Both the position numbers and the translations under genes were made by a program. This document shows, piece by piece, positions 35,385-49,700 of a stretch of 64,000 nucleotides of DNA. The stretch covers positions 417,267 to 481,266 of the forward strand of contig NMRA01000091.1 of the NCBI GenBank assembly GCA_002633005.1, in the 5' to 3' direction. Numbering within the stretch: position 1 is the stretch's first letter; the number at the start of each line of letters is the position of its first letter. Below the pieces are notes generated by a model. It searched no databases. It was given only the letters and a program-made list of their open reading frames with translations, and was not told where the DNA came from. This stretch comes from Phoronis australis (lineage: Eukaryota; Animalia; Phoronida).

Positions 35385-37046
35385 TGGGGGGCTAAGTACT
35401 TGTTGAGTGAGCTAGTAATTACCAAATTAAATTCCGTTATGTATATATGACATCATAAGTGGTGTTATTTGGTTATGTTTCACTTCTTTTCACCTCTTTG
35501 TAATAACGACGAATCAAGTCATCTGCCATCTTATGCTCATAGATTTTGACCAAATGATGTCATAATTAGAAACGCAAATGCCAGCCATTAGTCCGAAGGA
35601 ACGCTTCATTTCATGAGTTAAAAGGTCTGAGGCGAAAAATGCAAAAGGCGGACTGACAAACAAAAAGTACAATGTCGAAAAAATTTTAGTCAATAAATTT
35701 ATTTGAAGCGCTAATTGTTTTTCGTGCAGTTATACTCGCCGTATCACTTTTGCCCTGAGAATTGTAAATTCAACACGTGTGGTCTAATATTTGATCTGTA
35801 ATTCGAGTGCTATGTGTATGACATTAAATTCTACACTTTAAATATGTGCACTTCCAACGCTGTGTCCCTGTTTTAATTCAGGATTGGTTCACCGCCTAGT
35901 CCTCATACAGCAAAGCTGTATACTAAATACATCTTTGAGCCAATGTGGGTAAAAACAGGCCAAATAAAATCTGACACAAAATTAGTGTCATTAAAAATAC
36001 ACTCTTCCTTGAGTAAACTACATTATTTCCTGGTTAGAAAAAATGGTATTCTATCGTTATTCTGCTGCTAAAATTATGGAGCGGTCCTATATGTCGGCTT
36101 TCGGTGCCATGAATATATAGCGTCGCCGATTTTTCAATCAAATGTTCTTCCAGTAGGTTGCGTACATGTCACAACAAATTATTGGAATTGGTTTAATTTC
36201 AGTACAAATTTTCAGCACTTTATTACATGCAAACCAAATTTTAGAACAAACTTTGCTGCAGTCAAGCTGCCATCATCTCCCGAGACATGTCGTGAAGTTT
36301 CAAGGTCTTCGGAGCACGCAGTGGTTCTTAAGTAGTTGTATTTTGACGATAGTCTTCAAACAGCTAGCTGGCTGGCTAAAACTTTGACAGGGTTCATTTC
36401 TTTAAAAATGCAACTTAGTGACATAAATATAATACAAATCAAACGAACGACTTCCATCATTTTTTAGATTATTTAAGAAGAATTAAAACATTAAAACTGG
36501 AAATACCACAAGTGTAAAATCATATATCTGCGAATAACTCGGTGGACACTAGTTAGTAAACCAACCCAAAACAGGGTTGCAAGTCCGAACATTGAAAGAG
36601 CAGAATTAAGTCATACATACTATTACACTTGAATTACACATCAAATATTAACCTGCACATGTTGAAATTGCTATCGCACGAACACATTTATCTACAGAAA
36701 TAATACCGCAAATATAATTGCACAGAAATCAAGCCCTTCGAAAGAACTTATTCACCCGAAGATTCGACTTTTTACTATTCGCTTGTCACTCTGCCACTTG
36801 CATTTTTATGCACTAGTTAACTGAAGCATTCACTTGGGTGACTGACTGGCAAGCGGGTCACTAAATGAAACAGGGGGTCTAATTTGGTCAAAAACTGAAG
36901 TTACAAGATGGCAGACGATTTGATCCATCATTGTTTGTCAAGAATGGTAAAAAATGTGAAATAAAACCCGTAACACTGTGTGGGTCCCTAAATATGTCAA
37001 GGGAAATTGGTTAGTAGTAACACATTGAACAAGTATTTCCCTTCCA
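35385..37046. mobile_element. Old ~1.7-kb DNA element with ~170-bp diverged TIRs
   Basis: 35385-35555 pairs with 36882-37046 (e.g. TCTGCCATCTT/AAGATGGCAGA, TTTTGACCAAAT/ATTTGGTCAAAA, TACTTGTT/AACAAGTA). Confidence 0.65.
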
Positions 37047-37283
37047 TTCTTTTGGTAAACATCCATTAAAGAAATCTCAAAAACACGCTCCTGTGGTCCT
37101 TCAACTCTATTTTAACTTTAGGCCTGAGACTGAGAATGAAAGTTGGCTAGGTTACAGACACCGGGCGATAGCGAAACAGTACTGTCCTTCGTCGTTTCGA
37201 CCTCTACTCAAAATTTTACAATATTAACATCAAATTTTCATCAAAGTGAGCGTTGGCAGTTTATAAAACCACAATCGGCTTAC

Positions 37284-37658
37284 CCGTTTGTCGCTGAAAG
37301 GCAACACACACACCTGTAAAAAGGTTTATTTGTGTCCCACTACGGAAAGACGATGCGGTAAACGTCACCAAATGTTGTATTGTCATAGGTCAACAACACT
37401 GATAAAATGAGATGACATCAGAGATTTTATGTTTTCACCACTGTTTTGCTCTAGAATTGTATGTTGTATATTAAATGATCTGTTTATCTCATTGTGACTT
37501 CAATCAAATTTACTCATTATACAACAAACACTATTATCTATTTCACTAGCTCTGCCAGTGTTTGCATGTGACGTATTTCACACTCGAGTGCTGAGCGGTG
37601 CACTTGTCAGCGAGTCCCAAGCAGACAGTCGGTCTGGTTTAGTCAACAAAGTTTAGAA
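37284..37658. promoter_or_regulatory. Candidate bidirectional promoter and 5' UTR region for ZMYND11 and FTCD, including a candidate non-coding ZMYND11 exon ending at 37284
   Basis: The ZMYND11 ATG exon begins with a splice acceptor, so an upstream UTR exon is implied. A strong minus-strand donor CGG|GTAAGC lies at 37284/37283. CRE-like TGACGT occurs on opposite strands at 37362-37367 and 37569-37574. The FTCD ATG is at 37659. Confidence 0.5.
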
Positions 37659-37712
37659 ATGGACAGAATAGTTGAGTGCGTTCCAAACTTTTCGGAAGGA
37701 CAACAAAAGGAG
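37659..37712 (+). CDS. FTCD: FTCD exon 1 ([18 protein letters not shown])
   Basis: Invariant [10 protein letters not shown] motif; donor gag|gtttgc. Confidence 0.95.
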
Positions 37713-40700
37713 GTTTGCTTTACTTGTTGGTTTACATAAATTTATGTGTTTGTATCGTCATTACTGTGGAACTTGTACCGTTTGTGTTCCTCCACCAGTC
37801 CACGATTAGGCATTGACCACCGTCGCCAGCAGGTTCTAGCTGGTTCATTAAATGGTGTAGCTCTTATAGGCGCTTCATACGCCTTAAGCTTTTTGGCGAA
37901 TTACGCCTCACACCGACTAAAACATCAAAGTCACATTGTTATAAATACCTTATGCGCATACTAGTACTGTACCGTAGCACTGGTTTCTGAGTGTGGTTAT
38001 CAGACATGGCATGATGCGTAATGTTAGAGACAGTAAGTGTACCCACGATCAACACCTTTTCACTTTAGTTCGTACTTCCTCCGTATAAACTGTATAGTAA
38101 TTTCTGCAAAGCAATAGAATAGAATAAAACGTATATTTCCATGGGCTTTCGTGTGGCGTAATCTAATAGGCAAAAACTTTTGAAGGCAACTCACTGGACA
38201 TAGGGGGTTGAAACTGTGTACACTGTGTAGTATGGACCTAAGATAGACACACCCCAACTCAACATTTCTGAAAGCACCTCTCTAAAAGTCGTTGTAATTT
38301 CCTAACAATTATTTATTCAATTAAATCAAAATTTTGATATTTTCAGTATTTAAATTCTTGCTTCAAATCAGAGAATTTTCAAAAGTAGAATTTCCGTGTT
38401 GTCTGCTTTATCTTTTACTTTCGCTTGTTACTACCCTTGTTCAAAGAAGCAAGATTTCGTACGCACGCTGTTCACTGATGGCATGCACGTAGTACGGGCT
38501 GTATGAAGTACCGCATGTTTAAGGTAGGTGGATACACAAAAAAATTAATTTTGACTATTTTTTACTTTTTATGTCATCCTAATCTTTAATTCTTGATGCA
38601 CAGTATACTGAAGAAAAATATAATCATTCTGAAAATCCAAAGTTGTTTTTTTAACTATATTTGACCAAGCTTCAGTAAGTCATATGGCTTGAGTGCTCAC
38701 CAGCTCAGTGACTGACAACTGGGGCGGAGCTTATACAAGGACACTAGCTCTAATCTAACCCTGTCAACAAACACTGCGTAACCTAGCAATCGAGAGTGCT
38801 GTACCAGCTGATAGATGTTGTTATAGCAAGACCAAAAATAAAATAATTCTATGTTCGACCATGTGAAAGTTGGTGGTGAAATGGTTAACTAGCTCCTGTT
38901 CCGAGCCTGAACCTGTTTGTCCATCTGCAACAAAATAAGTTGCGTACCTAAGCCATCAGTCAGTGCACTCAGCTTGAGGAGTCAGTGCAGAAATTGTGTG
39001 TGTACAAGAGAAGTCGGAAGCATGAGGTGTCTTGCGAGAGTATGCTGAGCGTTGACGTGGGTGGTGTTGCATGATTCGGTGAGAGTGCATGCACGCGCTG
39101 TGAAGACACACCGCGCGCGCGAGACATGGACAACTTCATGTAGTCAGAGTAGAGTTTTCGCAGATAAACCGTGCTTCTGTGCTAGGAACGCGCAGTAGAG
39201 AAACTAGGCTGTCAAACTCGGGATTTTTTAACTTGCCACCGGCCGTAGCCCAAAGAATTAGAGAAATGACCCAATGTTCAACATAACAAAAATTTTCTAG
39301 TGCATAGATTCAAACGTATCCCTGAATTAAAACTCATGATATTATACGATTTTAGTGGAAAGCAATATAAGAAACTTTGGTAACTTGAGAATTTCACCCA
39401 AGCGACACTGCTTGCGCAGAAAGTGATATTTTCTTATCCCAAAGTTCAATCGGTCAAAATGTTGGCAGTACAGGCACGCGAAAATGTTGAACCATTACGA
39501 TGAAAGTAGTTCTTTATCCTCGTCGCCTATATTGTTATGTAGACACCAATGCGGCGATTTGATATAACACATATATCGGTTGATGAAGAAACGCTAAGTA
39601 CTTATAATATTGGAATACTAACAAATAGGTCTATGTAATGTGGAGATTTCAGATGAGTCACGTAAACAACCAACACATGGTTTTAATGATGTGTGGTTGG
39701 CACACCAGTATAGCAGACAATAGATCAACGCTAAGCTCTGCCCACGTGACAGCCATATTTGTTTTGGTCATCTGTCGTGCTTCACAAGTTCTCAAAAATG
39801 ATTAAAATTACGCTGTAAACAAACAGGTATGTCACATTTTCTAAACATGAAGTTAAATATCAGCTTTATTTCTAGTACATCAACAAAAATTGGAACGTAA
39901 TGACAGCGCATTCTGAACGAAATTTGATTTCAAGTGGCAATCGATGCCCGCTTAACTTCAAAGCCGTTTTTCTCGGCTTGTGATTTTAGGATAGTGACAA
40001 GATTCTCAGGCCTATTTTTCCGCAACACGGTCAATTTTTATGCAATATTGCAAATTTGATATCCTCTAGGACTGAAGTAAAATCGCGTGCCAGCATTTTT
40101 TGACACATGGACCAGATTTTTAGCTATTAGGCAGAAAGTGACCAAATGAGAGAAAGTCAGTCGTGCTTGCCCCAACTCGCACGCAAAACATGCCGCGAAA
40201 TCAAGATCATAATGATTTTGTACATATATTTGGTATGGATAAATATGATATTGCGTAAGGAAACAGTTGATGACAATCCCTGTGCATTTTGAAAAAATAT
40301 TCGAGGTAAAATCGGATTGTTTGAAAATTAAAAAATACGATTTTTTAAAAAAATGAACTACAATAAAAACTTTCGTTTTTTGATTTTTGTCACTTTCAGG
40401 GTCATGTCTAACTAGTTAAAACTCCCTTTTTACTCATTTTAGTTTGGAACCTGGAGATTTGATCAGTGTATACACCTACCTTAAGTCTTTTCAACAGAAA
40501 TGAAAAGGTGTTGATTGTGGTTACATTGTTGACCTTGAGTACGCCCTTGCTACTGTCCTGGAACTGTCAGTCTGTGGTTCAGGTCAGTGAGGTGCCATTT
40601 GTAATGTAATTGGTGCTCAACACAGCTGAAAATCTCTGCTTGAAAAATATAAGTAACTGCACATTTCCACTTGTATTTTCACTACTCTGCCTGGTGCTTA

Positions 40701-43700
40701 TGCGAGTGAGTGTTATCCAATGTTGAGCTCGCAATTCTACTTTTTCTATTTTGTGAGTTTTACAATCACAATTTCTAGTCCATGGGAATTACGGTTGTCG
40801 CCAGTGGCAGCGATTGGCGAGGACATCGTCTGCCACAATCTCTAATACTAAATAACATTCTTTTCTAGCAGTTTCAGGTTGTGAATCAAGTTTGCATCTT
40901 CAATGACTCTGATAACGTGTATTTTATCATATTTGTAGTCACCTACTTAGCTACTCCAATAAACGCGTGTTGGTTAGAGAGTGCTGAATGTTTACTGTTT
41001 GTAAAATGAGTAAACGGGCCGTGGAGTATACTGGACAAAATTAAAGGTTTTATGGGAACAGGGACACGTAGAAAATCAAAAATAAAAGCAAAAAGCTAAA
41101 CGCCGGATGTCTGCTTGCCGTGCTCGGCGTCTGTTTGAGTGATGAGAGTGAGGTCAATTTTACTGCACGTGTTTTACTTGTTTCACTTGAATTTTCAAGC
41201 ATTTACCCGCTTATGTTGATCCCTGGTAATCCTATATTTATGTAATGGGCAGTTGTTTGAAATCACCTTCTCAAATAAATGCTACTGTTCATTTTAGCAA
41301 GTTTTATAATGATTATAGTCATAAACCTAAATCTGGAAAGGGTATTCTTCTGAAGATCGAATCTGGAGCTGATGGCATCTCTAATGCTTAGCTATGTAGA
41401 TGTAATGCTTGTAGACTTTGACTTTGCTCAATGTTCAACACTTGCTTGACATCAACTCACAAACTGCGACCTGCTAAAAGTCTCAGGTCGCCTAATGGGT
41501 AATGAATTTGCCAAAGAGTATGATTTGAAAAAGCGAGACATCTAATAAAAGTTCTATTGACACAGCGCTAAGAACAACTGTGGGCCATAGCACCAGCAAA
41601 CTGGAATAAATCGTGTACACGCTGATGATGCTTTCCCATTTGATTCTTACTAGTATGTCAGGAGAAAGCAGAGAACCAGAATTCATTACTTGTGCTTGTG
41701 CCATGGGCTGGGCCTGCTGGTTTTTACCAAACAACTCTGACTGCGATCATTTTACTTCCTGTTGAAGTTTGAGCACATGTTCATTTGTGTGCTGATAGTA
41801 GAAGATGTGGCAATTTCACAGACTAAATAAGACAATTGTGTTGTATTAATGGAAAAAGTGTTATTGACTTTTCAAGTTTTGAAGCCGCTGCAAATTTCGA
41901 AGTGACTTCCAAGTGAATTCTATTTTTGCCTGGTTTCTTTTGACTTGTTTGCAACTCTCAGTAAATCTAGAAAATACGTGGCAACTTAGAATACTTACCA
42001 GGATGTCAAATTTAGTCTAGCGTTGCATTGATGAGCTGCAGGTCGCCAAATCAAGACGTGGTGCTTTTGTTGTACACCAGACTGTTGCAAAGGCACCCTC
42101 AGCAATTGATCTTGTGATATCAACATTGTTGTAGTGGCAGGAGAGACATAGAGGAAATTAATACTATAAGAATTTATTAAAATTTTGTTTTCACAAGATA
42201 ATCTAACCAATATATCATTTTAGTTATTTGAAGAACAAGTTGTGTTATGTGTACAGTGTATAATTCTTTCTCACCATGAATATTCGAGTATTTGTTGATT
42301 GGTTAATACTTAGGGTGATTTGTTGACTTTAATGTATTTCTATGAATATTCTGGATCTTAAGTTATTACCTGTAACATATTCTCTCTCTTATTGCTAATT
42401 GGATCAGTTCTGGTATACAAATGGTATGATTAAACAAAAGTTGATAGAAAATTGTCATTGTAATTTCATAAGTCAGACTTATCTTCTGGATATACCAGGT
42501 ACTTAGAAATGAGATAAATTTTGTATATAGCATGATCATAATTGGTATTAAAACAGGCTTTATGGGTGTTAATTGTATTTTGGTGTCTTAAATTCTGCCC
42601 AATACTATTCCAACACACAACATGGCCACTAGGTGAAGTTCTAATTTCCCCACAAAAGTAAGATTATGAATTTTTTTGTCTATTGCTAGCATGGTTTGTA
42701 CTGCGTAGATGTAATGAAACAGGTTTTTGTAAATTTACCATTATCTGTAGTAAAGTGCTCGTTGGTCTTTAAAAGATGGAAAAGGGTCATGTTAAGAATT
42801 ACTATTGTGCAAAATAAGTGGAGAATTGCTGTGAAAGTTAATTCCCCAACAAAATGTGAAGTCGTAGGACGTGCGGAGTGCGACATTTCTTTAGAACTAG
42901 TACGAGTTATTTAGTAAAAACATCTGTTTAAACTTGTTAGTTTAACCTTGTTTAAACCTAGTCATAGGTTTGATAAATTGTTGGATTAAAATATAAAATG
43001 TCTGATTTGACATTTGCTTTTCTTATCAGCAGAGCATTTTCTTAACTCCTAGTTATTTATCAGGTTTATTGCCTGTGGGAATAGAGATTTATGACTTGAA
43101 GATCAACTTGTGTTAGCGTGGTTATTGGAAATTTTCAATCAAAAGATCAGCATTTTATAGCTCAGAGTGTTTTAAAGTGGTATTACTTCCAAGTTAAAAA
43201 ATATTTACTAACATTCTAACTTGTTCTACGTTCCCTCGTCTCATTTAATGTCACTGTTTCAAGCTTCAAAAACCTGTTTTGAATGATAGCCTGTTTGTAT
43301 GAGGATTAAAAACCGTTTTAGTTGAGTTCATTTGAATTGATTTAGTACAGCCTGTATGGAGTTCTGTCAACTACTGCTGCAAATGTTGGATATAATACAA
43401 ATAACCCTATAGCTAATGTGTCTGGGGTTTTAGTTAGTTGACATATACCATTGACCATGTTTATATTATGTTGTAAATTTCTGTATGTTTTCTTTAATGG
43501 CAATTCGAATAAGTTTGGAAAGTCAGATAAAATTTTAAGTTTTGTTAAATATGTTTTCACCCCTTTGAGACGAATGTGACATACAGATCATGTATGGATA
43601 GTCTACTGTAGACTGATGACGTTATGAATGGTCTACTATAGACTGATGACGTTATTGACATACAGATCATGTATGGATGGTCTACTGTAGACTGATGATG

Positions 43701-46700
43701 TCATTGCTGTTTTAATGCAACACAAATCTTTTATTAGATCATTACTCCGTCTAAGAATACTTAAAGTACGTAAGACTTGAACTTACATTTGTTCCCCCTG
43801 TTGGCAGGTCGTCGAAGCAATAGCCAATGCAATCGCGTCAACGGATGGCTGTAGCCTTCTGGATGTTGACCCAGGCATCTCTACCAACCGGACTGTTTAC
43901 ACATTTGTTGGTTCCCCCCTGGCTGTTGTGGAAGGGGCGTTGAATGGAGCCCGTATTGCTGCACAGTACATTGACATGAGACGACATTCAGGTACTACTT
44001 TGCTGTTTGCAGATCAGGGCTGTGCATAAGCTGCAGGTCACATTTGTAGCCAGACTTTGGCTGACTTGCATTGTACGACTTGGGGATCCAACTCTTGCGG
44101 GATGAGTTACATTGTAACATGTTTTTATTTAATCGTATGGGACGTAACAGTGTCAACCACTCGCCCATCAGCGTTCTCTATTTTTGTATGGTTGGTCGAT
44201 TCAATCTAGTATCTGTATGTTCAACAAGCTGGATGCGGGAGTCGCAAGCTGGCATTTTGGCTCCTTGACACCAGTGTGACCACTGACTCCACTCTTATGT
44301 AGTGCTACTTGTACTCTGACAACTTTACATAACACAAAAGGGAAATATTACTAACACGTACATTTATAAAGACACTTTTTCTTTTTCACATGCTTAGAGG
44401 GAATCTTTTTCATCTTTCCTCGTATCAGTTGTTGTCAGGTTTGTTATGTGGACAACCCAGTGCGTGCTGCTCGTGGGCAAACAGTTGCACAGACACCTGG
44501 TCAAAGCTTTGGTGTTTGTGACTGTAATAATTAGTCATTGTTATCTATTGCATAGTTTGACGTCCGTGTGTTAGTTGTATTAAGTTTTCCAAAAGCAACT
44601 TTTGACATTAACTTTTGTCAAAAATAACCATCAGGAAATAACTTGCCAACTATTCAGTGTTGTGGGAAACATTCAGCTAACTCAAAGTATTAGAAATCTT
44701 TTGCTTTCATTGCTTTTAGTTCAGAGGTCACGGATACACCGGCTTTGTAAAACAAAAATACGCTATGGTTCTGCGTTGATTACCTCTGTTAGCTAACTTT
44801 ATTGCACTATTTGTTATATTTAGGGTGACATTTGGGCCAAGACTAAACATTGCCGGTCTATCTTATGTAGTTACTTTCCTCAAAATTGTTGAACAGTGAG
44901 AAAGTTTGGTTTAGTGCTAGCCCATTGGTGGTGTAAAATAAACAAGATGCCTAGTGTTCTCCATGACCTGTTTTAGCAGGTCGCCGTGATCTGTTGGATT
45001 TTGCCTCTCACCTGTTTAAATATCATGCGACGCTATTGACTTTTTCCTTTTGAATAAAAAGTATCATTTTTGTTTGTGGGGTCATTCCACTGGAAATCAC
45101 CCAGAGGGTGTCGGGTCACCATCTCAGAATTGGACAAAAACTGTTCATCTGGCATGTTTGGTAATTTTAGCACGCTTCCGCAATGTTTGGGTTTTGAAGA
45201 ATACGTCACTTGAAAATTTTTAATTTGGTCTTCTGGAAACTTAGTTGAATACTGTACCCTCCCACCGTTGCATAACCAATTGTTTTGTTTTGCCGTGTAA
45301 TCTTGCAATTTTGTGATTACCTCAAAACTTGCCTGGTGCTCTGTTGATGTTTCTAGACAACACTTGCAGGACCTTGAATCATGTTTGTTCTGCAGCCTTG
45401 GAAAAACACTCGAGTAAGTTTCCCGAAGACTTATGGATTTATGTTTTTCACATCGGGTACTTCACTTTTATAAGTGATGGTGTCTTACATTTGAACGCAA
45501 CGTGTTATAAAAACTTTTTCAGGAGAGCACCCTCGCCTTGGAGTCTTGGATGTCTGCCCTTTCATACCTGTTCAAGGTGTGACTATGGACGACTGTGTGC
45601 AGTGTGCGAAGATATTTGGTGAAAGACTTTCAGAAGAGCTTGGTGTTCCAGGTGACAATTGAGATCTGGTCTGTCTATAGATCAACCTTATTAGCAAGTG
45701 GAAGTAACATGGCTACTGCAGTCATTGTGCTTAGTTTATGACATGATCAACTCAGTTGGTTAACTCACAAACTCTTGCTCGTACTTACAGACACGGATCA
45801 CTCATGGCCAAATAATGAGGCCCAAATCACGGCTTAAACACCCAAAAATACAGCTCACCAACTCAAAAGCTTGTTCAGACCCAGAAACATGGTGTATGTG
45901 TACAATGTTAAGCAGTCAGTGAGCTGTGTTTGTCAGTTGGGAGCTATGTTTCTGGGTGCATACCGTGTTTAGTGGTCGGTGATCCGTGAGTCTGTGAACT
46001 GAGTTTACCGTGCATGTGAGCCATGTTGATAAGTGACGTATTGTTTTCACCTCACTTCATCAATTTACGTCAAGCAATTTTATGAAGTCGTTTTTATGGC
46101 GTCATATCTGTCTGGGCGTCCAGTGTCCACGGCTGTATCATCTAAACCCCTTGTAGGATCTTATTGAAATTTGGCAGGTGTGTTCCTATGGGGTTGACGA
46201 CATAGAGTGATGAGTTTTGGACAGACCCGAAAACCGCTATGCCCCCTAGTGGCAATTTTATTTTTTACGTTTTTCTCTGTATCTTCAAAGGTCCTCAACT
46301 GATTTTCATGAAATTTGGCACATTGGCATCTATTAATGAGGTGACGCTATCCTCCCATTTTCGGATGGATTCGAGGCATTTTGTGCCATCTAGTGGCCAT
46401 TATTACTGTTTTCGAACCTGTTTTTTGACATCCGCCCCTCTATCAACCAAACCACTGTATGGATGATTGTGAAAATTGGCATGTAATACTATGTTCTTAC
46501 TATAAAGAGAACTGTTGGCGATGATTTTCCGATGACTTTGTGGTGCCTCCTAGTGGCAGTTTTGTTTGTTTTTTAAGCCATGGCTGTATCTCCTAAACGC
46601 TCTACAGGATTTTTATTAAATTTAGCAAATGTAAAATATTAGATCTAATTCACGCCGACAGGAGGCGTGTTCCAAAACGAGACTCGCTACAATAGCTCTG

Positions 46701-49700
46701 TTAGCTTATCGGCATATTTCGCATTGCTCGAACGGCTAGAAAAAATACGAACACTCAACTGTCTGCTTTACAATCCCTAACGACGTTGAGATTCGGAAGC
46801 GTTGGGTCATTGCCATACGCTGCGACGAAGGAAAATATGTCCATGTAAAATTTATAATTGTTTTTCGAAAAGTTAGATCAAAAATATTGAGAAATCACGC
46901 GAAATTCCCCTAGTGATTGAAAACTTCTCTCCGAAGTTCAAATCACCTGACACCACACAGGTGGCAATTTGACAGAGCATAAAATGCTTCTTTAAATTGT
47001 GAGAGCTTGCATCAGAGCGGGGGTGCTACTGATAGTGATCAGGAGGTAGATTTTTCCTCTCACTTGGCGAAAAAAATCTCCTCTCAGAAGGCACAGGCAC
47101 CTTTCCCGTCGCACGAACGAGGCTCCTGAAGGACCATGATAACTATGCTTTGGTATCCGTCCCTCTGTCAACCAAACCACTCTAAAAATGAAAATTGGCA
47201 TGTATGTTCTTGCTATGAAGAGGACGGTTGACGATGATTTTCTGACCACTTTGACTATGGTGGCACCTCCTATGGCAGTTTTTTTGTGCCCATACCTGTA
47301 TCCCCTAAGCCCTCTGCAGAATCTTTATTAAATTTAACACGTATATTTATAAGAAGTTAACAACTGAAGATGATTTTCAGACCGATCCGATGAACTCTGT
47401 ACCCCCTAGTGGCAATTTCATTTTTTCCGTTTCCCTTTTTCTCTGAAGTTGCTCAACGACTTTTTATGAAATTTGGTAAATAGCTTTCTGTTAAAGAAAC
47501 AATGACATTTTCCGGTTTTCAGATGGATTTGACGTATTTTGCGCCATTTTTACTGTTTTCTAGTCTAATTTTGGCATCCACCCTCTGTCAACGAAACCAC
47601 TCTTAAGATGATTATGAAAATTGGCTGATATGCTGATAGTGTGAAGAGGACGGTTGACGATGATTATCCGACTTCAATTACTGTGGCACCTCCTAGTGGC
47701 AGTTTAGTTTTTTTGCGCCCTTAGCTGTATCTCCTAAGCCCTCTGTAGGATCTGTATTACATTTAGCAAGTGTATTTACATGAAGTTGACAACGGAAGAC
47801 TACAACTTTCAGACGGATCCGATGAAAGCTTTGCCTCCTAGTGGCAATTTCATTTTTTTCCATTTTCGAATTATTTTGCACCATCTAGTGCCCATTTTTA
47901 TGATACAAATAATCACCCCTAGAAGCACACTGTTTGCAGTGCATTCGTGGGTGCATTTCAACATTCCGTGTTGCTCTTGTTTAAAGAGGTGTAACATCAA
48001 ATGACTATGACAGCACCAGCATCTAAAAGTATGTAAGTCCCTCCAAAACCGCTCATTTGGTCACTGGACTAGCCAAGGTTTTATTAAAGTTTGCATATCA
48101 GTATTGGGGAGTCTCGGAGAATATACACATAACTACTAGCCGTTGAGATAATTTTCATTTTCTGGATTGTGATGCGCTGGTAATTACTCGCCTAATCTTT
48201 TATTTAGGATTGTAAAGTGGAAGCGTAAGACTAAATAGGGCTCAGCCTGGAACTGTGATATTTTGTCAAGTACATTTGGTACCACATGACATGCTTTGGT
48301 TGTAGTGCCACCGAGTTGTGTTGAAATACCATTCTCGTTCGTGTTCAAGTGACATAATTAGCGAAAAAAGTGTTTTTCAGAGATCGGTCCCAGAGCGGAA
48401 TTGAACCTGGAACCCGCAATTTCATTACAACACTCTGCTGTTTGAGCTTAATCCCAGTCAATAAGTGACAGGGTGCACTAAGTGTATTGAACTGGTGTTG
48501 TCACCGGCCTAAATTTCAGCAAATGTCTGATGGATAAGAGCATTTAACAAGTGCCAAAAATGTGTCCCTTGATTGACCATGTTCACCTTGATACCCATCT
48601 GCAAAACTTCGTCTATGCTTGGGCTTTTCACCTACGCCCAAGTTGTAGGATGGAGACTTCTACAAAAGCTCCTGCACAAAAATACTGGTACTTTCTTACT
48701 TTGTTCTTTTCAATCTTCCAATTTGTTTGCCCGCATTGACCGCTCGGGTAAACCCCCATCCTGATCGTTCAAAATTTTATTTTTGATTGTCCGTTCTCCG
48801 GATAATGCGCATGCCTTGCTTCTGAGTTCCCCACTTTAGGAGCCCCACGCTTGGCTCGGACGAGTACGCTAGATAAAATTTCACTCATTGTTCCATTGCT
48901 GTAACTACTTCTCATCTCATTTTGCAGTTTACCTTTATGGCTATGCAGCAACGGCAGAACACAGAAAGACACTGCCTCAGATCAGGGCAGGAGAATATGA
49001 AGGATTACCTGACAAGGTGAGTACTATTTGCGTAATATCCACATTCAAGCTGGCAGCATAAGTTGGCTACTATAAAAGAGAAATTGGACATTTTCTAGTT
49101 TGCTACACCTTTACCCGACAGTGTAGCTCTCACAAGCACAATAGACAATAGAGTGTTTGAAGTTACATCGAGCCTTGAGCAATCTGGGTAAAAAATGAGC
49201 AAAATGAAATCTGACAAAAATCAACGTTCAGTGCTCGGCGTTTAGCTTAACGTCAAATCGCGAAACGCGACTTCGCGAAAATTGCAGGTTGCCAAACAAA
49301 GACTGAGGTCGCCAAAACTGACATCGAAATCCTCGACCAAAAAAAAAAACGTGCCGCACTCCATGATAAAAAAATTGACACATACCTCTTCCTCTCTCCC
49401 GGTAAAAAGTATGCACCATTCAATTCAATTGCTACCTCAATTCCTCCTGCCTACGAGGAACACAAATGATCGGATACACTGGAGGCANNNNNNNNNNNNN
49501 NNNNNNNNNNNNNNNNNNNNNNNNNNNNNNNNNNNNNNNNNNNNNNNNNNNNNNNNNNNNNNNNNNNNNNNNNNNNNNNNNNNNNNNNNNNNNNNNNNNN
49601 NNNNNNNNNNNNNNNNNNNNNNNNNNNNNNNNNNNNNNNNNNNNNNNNNNNNNNNNNNNNNNNNNNNNNNNNNNNNNNNNNNNNNNNNNNNNNNNNNNNN

